From Chiloscyllium plagiosum (Eukaryota), in the NCBI RefSeq assembly GCF_004010195.1, contig NC_057711.1, positions 69,915,586 through 69,964,986 of the forward strand: a DNA stretch of 49,401 nucleotides, written 5' to 3'. Shown here in pieces: positions 25,733-37,636 of this stretch; position 1 is the stretch's first letter, and every line of letters starts with the position of its first letter. The position numbers were made by a program, and so were the translations under genes. Under the pieces are notes generated by a model that ran no database searches, had not been told where the DNA came from, and worked only from the letters and a program-made list of their open reading frames with translations.

Positions 25733-26970
25733 TTATAACCACGACACTTGTGAAAAGGCCACTCTCTTGTCTGCAGGTTTCAAATAAAGATTGTATTTGA
25801 GCATATGCAAGAGAACAGCATTTTAGTCATCAGAGGACCTTGCTCAACAATACAATGTTTACAGTACAGGCTTATCAAACACAAAGTTACTGTTCCTCGT
25901 AACAGTTTATAAATTTCACAACTCACGGCAATCTGGCATCACATGATTTTGTTTAACGTCGTGGGATATTGCACATGGCAAACAATAGTAACTTAACATT
26001 AACTTCCCATATTCATTCCCTTTGGACCCACTGGTTCAGGCCAACAGGCAGAGCATTCCCAATGACCATTACTTTTAGGGATCCTCCTGCTGCTAGGCAG
26101 ACTTTGGACTTCGTACAAGTTTGGAGTTCACTTGAAATCACATATTCACGTGCACTGCTTTACCCATTCAGCGAAAGCTAATTTGCTCGGTTACTTTGGA
26201 GCCAAAGGAACTGCCCAGAAGCCAGTGATGATGTCTAGAACTGTAGATATTCTTCAGGCTGGGTTTAACCAGAGGATAGTGAGGCTAAAAGAGGAGGATA
26301 TAAGGACAGGACTACTCGATCCAGAGCTGTGTAATCAATTGTCAATCTACACATTCCATCCAGTTTCAGGGTTGGCCACATGGGTGAGTTCGTTGTGGGA
26401 ACTGTCCCTTGTAGTAACCCTCCTGCCACTGGATTGTTTACTTTTTTCCCAACTGTTACCTTTACTTCTGGTCTAATTGGGTTCTGCTGGTGAGCTACTG
26501 TCCTTAACTGCAAATCATCATTGCTTCTGTTTCTGCCCTCTGCTAATCCTGACTAAGTCTGATTAAACTGTCCTGAATGCCCAGAATTGGCCAGTCTAAA
26601 TAGCCTTCTTCAATAATGCCACTTTCTCCATCACTGCCACAATAGCTTTTGGACTTTGCATTTTGTTTAACCTCTATCTTGCTTGCTCTTTGTAGGATGG
26701 TTCTGTAATCGTTGCTCAATGAGAATCCAAATCTAGAATTTTTTGATGGTTTTGACTGAGTCCCTACTTTAAAATTTTAAGAAATAAAGTTATTCCAGGT
26801 GTGGTTATATACGTTAGAGAATTCCTTATGTCTTGTATTTATTTTAGTATATCCACTGGAGGTTTCCTCACAGGTTTTGGGTGACCCTTATCATCATTCT
26901 CTCATTACACTGTTCATTGCCCGGTGATCTGTCCTGGATATTACCTGGTCATTAGCTTCATTTTTGCCAG
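25733..26970 (-). mobile_element. Heavily deleted endogenous retrovirus-like LTR element (pol fragment at ~26140-26480; outer boundaries tentative)
   Basis: Minus strand GLLQGTVPTTNSPMWPTLKLDGMCRLTIDYTALDRVV, then after a frameshift RISTVLDIITGFWAVPLAPK*PSKLAFAEWVKQCT*, i.e. retroviral RT N-terminal motifs. Confidence 0.72.
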
Positions 26971-27689
26971 GACCTCAAGAACATTCAAGAAAAGGGAACT
27001 GGGCTAGGCCATTTGGTGACTCGAGCTTGTTTCACTATTCAGTAGGATCATGGCTGATCCAGCTTTCCTAATGTCCACTTCCCTGCCCTTTCCCCATAAT
27101 ACCTGATCCTCTACTGATCAATAATCAATAACAGCCTTAATTATACAAAATGACTCCCCCACCCCACAGTTCTCTGTAGCAAGAAGTTCAAAAATCTTCC
27201 AACCCTCAGAAGAAATTCCTCACTTGTGTGAGGACACCCACCTTTCGTCCTTTGAATGCATATTTCTTTCTTTGGTCCAACTGAAGCAATACAAGGGATT
27301 TGGACACAGTTGAAGAAAGGTCTGTTAATTATTGCTTGTGTTTTGCTCAGGCTGAAAGTTGCCTACGTGGGTTGCAGTCATGGTCAGGTCTTGTCCAAGA
27401 TTGTTTGTGTCGGGTACCTATCACCACCTTGTCTCTATGGGAGCCAATTCAGCATTACAAAAAGTTACATAAATAGACCTTCTCAGAGCCATCGCCCCCA
27501 AGGTCCCACTATGGCACTAAGCCTCCAAAATCTGATCCCAGGCAATAACCATCCCTCTGTCCCTGTTTGTGGGTCACATCTCTGAAGTTCCCCAAGTCTA
27601 CTTCACCCAAATTCTGAGGGAACAGTGGCCTTGTGGGTGCCTCAGTCACCTTTACATGCTCACGTGCTATTTCCTGTAAAGGCTAAATT

Positions 27690-28860
27690 CTGTCCTCTCA
27701 GTTTCTCTGTCTCCATCACATCTGCTTTGACTATTGGACACCGGAGGGGGAGCCTCAGAAATGTCTACCCTTTTCCTCAACGAAGCATTCCCCACCACCA
27801 TGGTCGACAGGGACCATAGCCACATTCAACTCATCTTCCACACTTCTGCCCTCCCACACCACCTACAGGGTGTGCCTGGTCCTCAATTGCCACCCCACCA
27901 GCCTCTGCATTCAAAGGTTTGTAAGCCATAATTTCCATTACCTCTGGGATGCTACCACTAAACACACATTCACTTTCTCTCCCTTGTCAACATTCCACAG
28001 GGATCGTTCCCTCTGGGACATACTGATGTACTGCACCTCCATTCCCAACACCTCTCCACATCCCCACAGCACCACCTTGTGCAGTTTTAGAAGGTGTACT
28101 ACCTGCCCATTTACCTCCTCCCAATCCAAGGCCCCAAACATATCTTCCAAGTGAAGCAACGACTTAGCTGTACTTCACTCAATCTAGTCTACTCTTTTTG
28201 CCTTTCACAATGTGGTCGTCTCAACATTGGAGAGATGAAATGCAGACTGGGTGACCGCTTTGCAGAACACTTACATTCTCTCTGCAAGAATGACCCCGAG
28301 TTTCCAGTTGCCTGCAACTTCAACACACCACTGTGATTCCACGCCAACATCTCTGTCTTGGGTCTGCTGCAGAGTTCCAGCAAGCCACAGTGCAAGCCTG
28401 ATGAACAGCATCTCGTTTTTCTCTTGGGGACCCTGCAGCCTCTAGGATTCAAGAATCCAAGAATTTTAGAACCTGATTCCACCCTTCCATGTTTTTTAAC
28501 AAGCCCTATTCCATGCTCCTATCCATACTGTCCATCTTTCTGACTCTATAACACTGTTTGCTTTTGGTTTGCCTCATTCTCTCCTATTCTCAGCTCTCAT
28601 CATCACTTATTCAGCTTCTGTCCTAGCCTGCCATCCATAATCTCTTTGTTTACCTATCCCTTTCGTACCTCCCTCTGGGTTTCATCTCCACCTATCTACT
28701 CCCCTCCTCCCCCAAACACCACCATATTTAACATAAATACCGCCTTTTCCTACCTTCTATGAGTTGTAATGAAGAGTCACTGGTCTCAATGTTAAGTCTG
28801 CTTTCTATCCACAGATCAGGCCTGACCTGCTGAATCACACGCAAAGTTTTGGTTTTTGTT
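27690..28860 (+). mobile_element. Penelope-like element (Neptune-type), 3' part with GIY-YIG endonuclease and pLTR
   Basis: SPLSTFHRDRSLWDIL, Cys-rich linker CSFRRCTTCPF, and CTSLNLVYSFCLSQCGRLNIGEMKCRLGDRFAEHL (GIY-YIG-like); decayed pLTR at ~28760-28860. Confidence 0.85.
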
Positions 28861-29070
28861 ACATAATTACATGAGCCTGACTGACTCAGAGACTTCTTTA
28901 CTGATTTAGTAGTGTTGCCAGTATTGTTTGATTTGTTGATTAATTAAGTTGTCTTGAGAAAACATCCCATAGTCTCGCCAGTACATTGAAATAAAGACTC
29001 AACTATAGCTTTTGCTTTGATAGTAATGTTAACTATAGTCCTGATCTTTCTTTCTCTTATGATCTCTTAG

Positions 29071-29141
29071 AAGATTCCCCAAATGTAGTTATTGAAGGTG
29101 TTCTACATGGAATATACTATCCATATCTTCAACTGAGGTAG
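29071..29141 (+). CDS. SNX24: SNX24 terminal coding exon (start 29071 or 29074 via NAGNAG; TAG stop at 29139-29141)
   Basis: ctttctttctcttatgatctctTAG|AAG|attcccc...; encodes (E)DSPNVVIEGVLHGIYYPYLQLR* versus recalled DFPNVVIEGVLHGIFYPHLQPR*. Confidence 0.95.
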
Positions 29142-29760
29142 AGCAACATCTACTGCAAGAAAGGCATTTCAAGATATGCAACCACAAGATTAACCAGTAA
29201 TCATCATTAAAAGATGCACTGTTTAATATGCAGTCATCAGCTTGGATTGATTTATCCTTGGCAAGTTGTACATTTAATGCTTAAATCACTAAATATTTTT
29301 AAACTTTTACAAAAGTTATTGCATAAACTTGTGTATATATAAAATATATAGACATTTAAAAAAGGACTGCAATGTGAATGTTTATCACTGAATGCGTGAC
29401 ATATTTCATTGTGAACCATGAGTTACATGTGGTAACCGTGTTATTTGAATTTTATGATCAAAAGCATTACTTCATCATTAAATGGAGAACTTTTCTATTT
29501 TATTCCTTCAGATACTCCCTGTTGAGAAAATCCTAATCAATGCACCAATGTTGTAAATAAACAAACATTTTAAGGCAGAAATTTTACATTTAATCATGTC
29601 AAAATGAATTAATATTTATCTGTAAATCAGTGATCCTTGAGTATGTAATTTTGTTAACATTTCATTGAGGTGATGCATATCTATTATTTCATAAATTTAT
29701 GTAATAAATTTGAACAGTACAGCACACAATTAATAAATGGTCCATCATTTTGACTTTTGT
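29142..29760 (+). promoter_or_regulatory. SNX24: Putative SNX24 3' UTR with polyadenylation signals
   Basis: AT-rich stretch with no recognisable repeat after the stop; AATAAA at 29556-29561, 29703-29708 and 29732-29737. The true end cannot be determined. Confidence 0.6.
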
Positions 29761-30289
29761 CCCCCACCCAGTGTATACTCTAAATTTTTCTTTGCTCATA
29801 TTTTCAAATGCTGTTTATCTTATCTTCACCAGCAGACTTCTATGCCATCGCAATTAAGTTGCAATGCTGAAAATTGCATTTCTGTAGCTTTTACATATTT
29901 TCCTATTGACTAACAAAACGACACCCTCAGCCAAGGTAGAGCATCCCACTGTCGAACGAACATATTCAACAGCCTGACTCGACTGGATAAAGCATCAGAT
30001 TATTTTAACATAAACCCTAGGCTTTTGTTCAGAAATTCAAGTTTCTATTAGGTTGCACATTTCTCCATATAGTTTAAATGAAGTGTTCAGTAGCATACTG
30101 AAACAAAGTTTCCGGAATACTCAGCAGATCTAGCAGAATCTGTGGAGAGAAGTAGGGAGTGGAATTTGTTGCTTACTGTGGTGAAAGTACTGGCAGCTAT
30201 GCTGACAAAAGACAGGCCAAGATGAAAAAAAAGTCAAATTCTCACATCAATTCTCCTCATTTTCATCTCAAGCCTCAAATGGCAACTCT

Positions 30290-31560
30290 CTTCCTTGAGC
30301 AGTACCTACCTTATTCACATGTGTTTGCATCTCATTAAAGCCCCCGCTCACCCGATTTCCATCCCACTTCCAATTCTCCTCTCCATAAAACTACATGATG
30401 TAAATTTTAAACAGACAAAATGGAGTGGGTACCAGTCGTGGCAGCTGCAGATCTCGGATATTGTGCAGAAGCAGTGATACAATGTTCAGCATGTTCTCTG
30501 GCCACCATCCTCTTCAACTCTTCGCCCCCACAACTCCACACAGGCAAACCATCCGCCTCACCACATTATACCTGCTGTCAGAGTCATTCAACTTCTACTT
30601 CAAGACGCTAGTGCTGATGGGTACCTTCACCTTGCATGTTTCTGCCAGGATGCTTTGCATGCAGGTACGGTCAAGTGTCCCATGCACCAGGATAGAACAT
30701 TTTTGTGCTGACATGAACACATGCAATTTTTGGCTCTTATTTTCTTAGCATTAACTAACTTCCAGGCTGCCAATCACTGGTGGATGTCTTAGCACACGAG
30801 CTCTCGATTTCTCAGTTACAGGTCGCCAATCTTTGCGATTTAGCTTGTTTTTTCACACAGAGAGACAAGTAGCTTATGATAGTGGAGACCACTGAACAGT
30901 CAGTCAGTTAGACAGAGGAGTGCACAATCACTGTGCGGCACAGTGCTACATCCACCCAAGTGGTGCAGTGTGAGCCAGGAGCTTGCACAGGGTGGGGTCA
31001 AGGGCAACTAATCAGTCAGTCAGAGACTCATCCAATTACTACAGGGTTGGCCACGGTCAGTCTTGTAGCTCAAGTACAAGCTGTGCAGGGATTCTGAGAA
31101 GGTCCATTAGTGCATTGTTGAGCTGTGAGCAACTTTTCCCGCAATGTGACAATGGGAAGACTGAGTATGATGGAAGTGGATGCAATAGCAATTACTGATC
31201 ATGCACAAGCAAGAATTTTAGTCAGGTCTCCCCAGAGAGTAAGCAGGAAGGGATAGATATTGGAGGAGGTGAGGTGGGGGAGAGCTCTTGAGTGGACGTG
31301 CTGCATGCGATACTGAGGGTTGTAGTCCATTAGCCTTCAAGTGAGGTGTGTACTGTGGCAGGGTTAGATTGAGTGCTGGCCCTTGAGTGCAAGATAGCAG
31401 AGAGATGATTGTGGTATTTACCTATGCCAAGCCCATCATTGACCTTCTTGTGACACTACTGAGTTTCTCTTTTTACTCAGGACACAGCTACATTCATGCT
31501 ATAATGTGTCCAGGCTGGCTGGCAGTCATGGTACGGGCCTCTATGGCAGCTAGCTTTTAA
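30290..31560. mobile_element. Possible decayed PIF/Harbinger transposon (Myb/SANT-like remnant on - at ~31422-31525)
   Basis: Minus strand CQPAWTHYSMNVAVS*VKRETQ*CHKKVND resembles the W..IA..VxAxS...R...QCRKKxND motif; only weak transposase-like traces on + at ~30295-30490. Confidence 0.4.
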
Positions 31561-34500
31561 AAACTTGGCAGATGAACATGTCACACAGAGCTCAATAGTG
31601 CCATTTTGCCCATGTCATGATTGGGGGCAGGCGAATGGTGCAGTAGTGGTGTCATATTTTGGGAGGCCACCATTAAAATCTAGTAGGCATTCCAGCAGGT
31701 TCTATAATGGCGTTCTCCAACTGATTTTTTTTTTAAATTCAGTCTCAGCTCAAGAAACATGAAACATATTCTAATTCCAAAATCGGAACTGTGGAAGATT
31801 TAAATCTTAATTCATTTATTATGCTTTTGTTGAAACAAGATGTCAAGAGGATATTACCCCTTAAGGGGGAAGATGTGGAACCAGGGTACGCTTTTTTTTC
31901 AAAATGCCTTCTAGAGAAGAGGTGAAATCATTATTTTCCTTTCAGAAGACTGTTGATCTGTGCAATTTTCTTCCCCAGAGAGCAGTAGAGGCTGGATTAT
32001 GGATATTTTTCAGGTTGATTAGATTCTTTATTGACAAAGCAGTAAAGGGATATAGGGGGCAGACAGGAAAGTTGTTTTGAAGCCACAATCAATCAGCCTT
32101 GATAGTAAATGGAAGAGCAGTCTGAAGGGGCTGAATGGCCTACTCCTAATTCATTAACATGTATGTTCTAGCAGATTCAAATCCTCCAGCTCTTGGATAT
32201 TACTTGAATGTTGGCTGCTCTCTTAGCTCACCCACAAAAGAAAACCGAGCTTTGAATTAATAAACCACAAATTAAAATTATTCTTTTGAAGTACAGTATT
32301 TGAAGATTATTTTTCAACATGGCAGTCTGCCAGTCACTTGTGCCAGAACAATAATGTGTGGGAAGAAGTCACCACATTAAAACATTTCTAGATTGTGGTT
32401 TCTTCAATTATTTGTGAGCTGAAGTGTTTGCATCTATATTCATCCCATTATGACTTCAAATTTAATCCTAAAATATTTAAGTTAAAAAAAACTGACCTAA
32501 TGTCAATGCATTCACTAACCTAATACTTGTTTTGGAGTTTTCGTTGTAAGGTCTTTCAGAATGGGAAAAGGGAAGCTCATCGGCTGCAGCACTTCCTGAA
32601 CAAAGTTTTTTCTCTTTATTTACATAGTCTATACAGTAAAAAGACAGATTTATTCGTTGCTCTAGATCAAAGCTGCTCATATCCACCATGCACACCAAAT
32701 ATTTATTTCACTAGGTTAGCAACTACACGGATTTGCTCTCAGACCCAATTTCTTCAACTTTGTGTATTCCTTCCCTTTTGTGTGACACTTCCCTCACCTC
32801 CACACAGCCATGATAAATACTAACAAATATTTGACCAACCAATTTTCAACTTTACAAGGGCTGGACATTGTAATTGACTTTCCAACTCCAAATCAGTAAC
32901 TGCACATCTGTGGATTTACCCACAGCGCATGGACTGCAGCGGTTCAAAAGGGCAGCTCACCACTACCTTCTAAAGGGCAATTACAGGTGGGCAATAAATA
33001 GAAGTGTAGCTCGAAATGCCCATATAAATTTTTTAAAATTATATTGGCTCTGAGCCACATATTTTTAAGAAATGCGATTTCCTGATTCTCTGAATAAATC
33101 TGCTGCTCTGGAAATCTCAAGCCATGCAAGAAACATATGATTGAAATCATCAATGGGAAGTGCTATGAACAGGAATACATTTTTATCTATTATGACAACA
33201 TTTCAATTAGATATGTGATTACCTGAACAATCAAACCAAATTATACCTTCTACATTAGCCTAATTAACTATAGTAGATATGACAATGTACACAGGATATA
33301 TGTATTTCTAAGGAGTTATAAAACCAAGTTGTTAAGTAAAATTCACATAGATAATAGGCCAAGATTTACTGTGACAGATCACTTGATATGTAAGCTGGTG
33401 GGTAGATTTGCTCTACTACATGTTTTTTACATTTTTGTCTGGCAAGTTGCTGAAAATGCAATCTGATAACTTGTCAGTAAAGGAAACAGAGCATCTGGGA
33501 CTTGAGTGAACAGGACAAACAACTGTTCACGTCTTTAACCAACCAGACTGATAGATTGTGAAAATAGTATAGCAAGGACAGAGGGAATGAGAGGTTAGAG
33601 TGCCTAAATTCAATATCAAAACAAGAGCAGCTACAAACGGTTTTTTAAAAAATGAAGCATTAGATTGTTGGAAGTTTTTAAAATCTTCCAACAATTAAAA
33701 TCTGAAGAAATGATACTCCACACTAATATCATTTAATCTATAGTGCCAAAGAGTGTGTCTTTCAGTATTGGACAGTCTGAAGTAGACAGGAATTTAGTTC
33801 CTATTCTATAGAAGTACAGTCAATTCTTACATTTTCAATGGCCTGGGTTATTGTCCATCAGGATGAATTGTGTATCAGAGATACTAAAATAGCAGCAGCA
33901 TTATCACAAAGGAGATTTGGGAGGAGGCAGCCACATAACAGTCCATCTTTGGGACTTCTGATTAAGAAGGGCTCAACCATTGGAGCGCCAATTGAAGAAT
34001 CCAAGAGTCTCATCAAGTGAGTGGTGGGTTGTCAATGGAGGTATGACAGCAAGCTTCAAGATGCTCTGAAAATTCTTGAGTGTTAAAATGTGGCCGTGTC
34101 CATCAGGCTGTTAAGATGGAGGGGGAGCCCCTCCTCAGGATGGTCTGCTGCTACAGTGGCCTTTTTGGCAATCATGGCTTTGGAATATTTAAGAGGCATT
34201 TGGATGGGTATATGAATAGGAAGGGTTTGGAGGGATATGGGCCGGGTGCTGGCAGGTGGGACTAGATTGGGTTGGGATATCTAGTCGGCATGTACAAGTT
34301 GGACCGAAGGGTCTGTTTCCATGCTGTACATCTCTATGACTATGACAAGGGGAAATGAAATTAATCTTTCTTCTGGTCGGACAGGAGGCAGCTTTCATCC
34401 ACTGGCAGGGCTCCACCTTCAGTGAAAGGCCTACCTGCCACCTGGAAATTCCAGAGAGCATCTGGTAAATATTCCTCAATAGATGTTGTCATTGACAACA

Positions 34501-34689
34501 TTAGTTATTCCTTTCTAGAGGGCAAGGAGCCATCATTCTGCCAGAGCAGCCTCAAATACAACAGGGATGAGATGGTAGTGGCTGGTAGCACAAAATTAAT
34601 GGCATGTCCACTTCTGATCACTACATACAATGGGCAGAACTATACATTAATGATTTATAAGCAAGTACTAAATAGAACTCCTCAAAGTT

Positions 34690-35573
34690 GGGTAGGAGGG
34701 CAAAGTGTGGGCACGTGCAGAGATGCATCAGTGTGATTTGGACAGGTTGAGCGAGTGAGCAAATGAAGTATAAAGTGAATAAATGTTGGGGTTATCCAGT
34801 TTGGTAGCAAAAAGCAGGAAGGCAGATTGTTACTGGAATCGTGATAGATTAGGAGAGGGGGAGGTGCAATGAGACCTGGACATTTTTGTACACATGCAGG
34901 TAGTGAAGGGGACAATTATAGCCATCGTAATGAGAGAATGTAAGTATTACAACACGGGTGCTATACTGCCTTCATATGGGGCCTTAGTCAAACCACATCT
35001 GGAGCATTTGGTCTCTTTATCTGAGGAAGGGTGGTTTCTGGCTATGGAGGTAGTGCAACGAAGATTTACTAGATTGTTTCTTGGGGGTGGCAGAACTGAA
35101 CTATGAGGAAGACTAGGTTGGTCAGGACTATATTCACTGGATTTCAGAAGAATGGTGGCATGAGTAGGGGAAAGAGAGAGAGCGAAAGATTCAGAAAGAG
35201 AGAAAAGGAAGAAATCTCATCAAATCTCATAAAAACTCTAACAGGGCTATACAGGGTAAATGCAGGAATAATGACTGGGGATCCAGAATTAGATGCCACA
35301 GTCTAAGGAGATGGGGATATTTAGGACATGGATGAGAACGTTTTCACCTGACGAATGGTGAGCCTGTGGAATTTCTGCCACAGAAAGTGATTGAGGTCAA
35401 ATATTGAATATTTTCAAGAAGTTAGATATAGTTCTTAGGGGTTAAGGGATCAAATGGTATAGGTAGCAGGATTAGGGTATTAAGCTGGATGATCAACCAT
35501 GATCATATTGAATGGCAGAGCAGGGTCAAGGGCCAAATGGCCTACTCCTGCTTCTATTTTCTATGTTTCTATA
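34690..35573 (+). mobile_element. CR1-clade LINE 3' fragment
   Basis: YGALVKPHLEH...LAMEVVQRRFTRL; tail ggccaaatggcctactcctgcttctattttctatgtttctat. Confidence 0.85.
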
Positions 35574-35634
35574 GCAGAGTAGCTGATCAGGAATAGAAAC
35601 TTTCCATTTTCAAGATTCAATTTGAACTTACTAT

Positions 35635-36319
35635 TGTTATGAAGATATGAGTATACTGTACCTTTAAGAAAGTTAAAAGCTAGTAGAACTACCTGACAGC
35701 ACCAAGTGTTCTGAAAAAAAAATGTAATATTTGGTCAATCAGCTAGTTGCCTGGAGACAAAAACAAATTTGAACTCAGCCAATCAGTTTAAATTATACCC
35801 CAAAAAATACCAAATTTCAATCAAGTTTGAATTTAGTATATTGACAATCATAAATGCCAATGACACAATCCGATACTTTAGGGGTATAAGACCGGAGAAA
35901 ATTGAATAGTTGGGAGGAGAATTGCCAAGCCACCAGCATGTAAAGATTGCCCGAAAAATAGCTCTCTTTATCGATCAGTAACCTGTGAAGCTGAATCCCC
36001 ATGAAGAAAAGAAGACAGGAATACAAATAAGAACCAAAAGCTGCCTGGTTTTTGAGATAAGAAGTTTTCTTTTGTAAATCTTAATCAGGATTTTTTTTAG
36101 ACTAGTATTGTAGAGAGCAAAGTAAAAGATAGGTTAGAGGAAGAAGTTGTAAATAGTTGTTAGTTAATTATTTTCTGTTATACTTTTAGAAATAAAGTTG
36201 TTAATTTTTATTTGAAATAGTTCTTGGCCTCTTGAATTTTCACAGATTACTGCATGGAAGAAATCGTTTCTGTGTTGCTGGTTTAAATTAAGCAGGAGAG
36301 CTTACCCCATGTCGTTACA
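35635..36319 (+). mobile_element. Solo LTR (685 bp) with 4-bp TSD
   Basis: TGttatg...cgttaCA termini; ctat on both sides (35631-35634 and 36320-36323); TATA-like ggggtataag at 35881-35890; AATAAA at 36191-36196. Confidence 0.8.
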
Positions 36320-37458
36320 CTATACTTTGTTATTTGCATGGCATATTATAGGCCAATCAAATCAAACTCTCCACACTGCCTTTCTCAGTCACAGAAAACG
36401 TTACTTTTATTGTCATTCAATCAGTCTACATTATAAACTGAGCAAATCACTCACATGTAGGATAAAAGAATATAATCTGAACTTTGTCCCAAAATGTGAA
36501 TTACCTGTCTGTTTTATTTTATCAAGCACTCACCGGAAGTGAATGTGAATCAAACTGTCAATGTGACTAATCAAATACTGAGATGTGTTTGATTTTAAGT
36601 CAAAATACATTTCAGTAACTGTGTGGCACATTTAGAAATTGCATGACTTTACAAGGGCATTGAAGTAATGAAGATAAGGATGTTGAAGATTTACAGCTTT
36701 AAGGTAAGATATCACAGAAATGGAAGTATTGGCATTGGAATAAAGAGCAAGTAAAACTTCAACTATTTCCTAAACAAGCTATTTAGTCCAAATATACATG
36801 CAGCCCTTCCAGATTTGAGCAGATAGGCATTGCTCAATCAGATGAGGGGTTAGGAAATGTATTCTGTCTCTTAAAAAAAATGTTTTCAGGATTGCTTCTT
36901 AGAATAACGCTCTGGAACTGACCAGAGAGCAGGCAATACTAGAACTGGTAGCATGCAATGAGATAAGATCAATGGGTTCATCGTGTAGGCGTCCATAGGC
37001 AGCAAAGGCCGTAAAATGATTGAATTTTATGTTTTGGTTTAGACAGTGGGATCCGAGACAATTTTTTTAAAAAAAAGTAAATGAGGGCAGTATTAAGGGC
37101 ATTAAAGCTGGGTTACCAAAAGTGAAGTGGTAAAATAGGTTAAAAATAGATTAATAGAGATGCAGTAGTAGATATTTACGGGAATAATTCAGAATATACA
37201 AAATAAATACATTCTATTGAGTAAGAAAAATTTCAAGAGATAGACCCATTTTCCATTAACTAGGAATAAGAAAGATAATATTCTGTTTCCTTAAGGCTAA
37301 TACTATGAAAACACTGATGATAGGTCAAAAGATTGGAGAGAACATAAAAAAAACAAAGAATGACCAAAAATTAATAAAGAAAGAAAAATTAGAATGAGAG
37401 AGGGCTAGTCAAAAATATATCATACTCAGTAAGAATTTCTATAAATATTTAAAAGAAC

Positions 37459-37636
37459 AGTAGTAACACCGAGTGTTGGTCTGACAAAACAAAAATCACA
37501 CTGGATATGAAGGACCCGATGGTTTTGCTCATGCTGGGTATCGGGTCCTTTGTACCCAGCATGAGCAAAACCAATGTAGTGTACAAAATAGTAGTAACAC
37601 CGAGTGTTGGTCTGACAAAACAAAAATCACACTGGA
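37459..37636. repeat. 47-bp perfect direct repeat flanking an 84-bp insert with two interleaved inverted repeats
   Basis: Direct copies at 37459-37505 and 37590-37636; inverted pairs 37510-37520/37540-37550 (11 bp) and 37520-37540/37553-37573 (21 bp). Confidence 0.95.
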
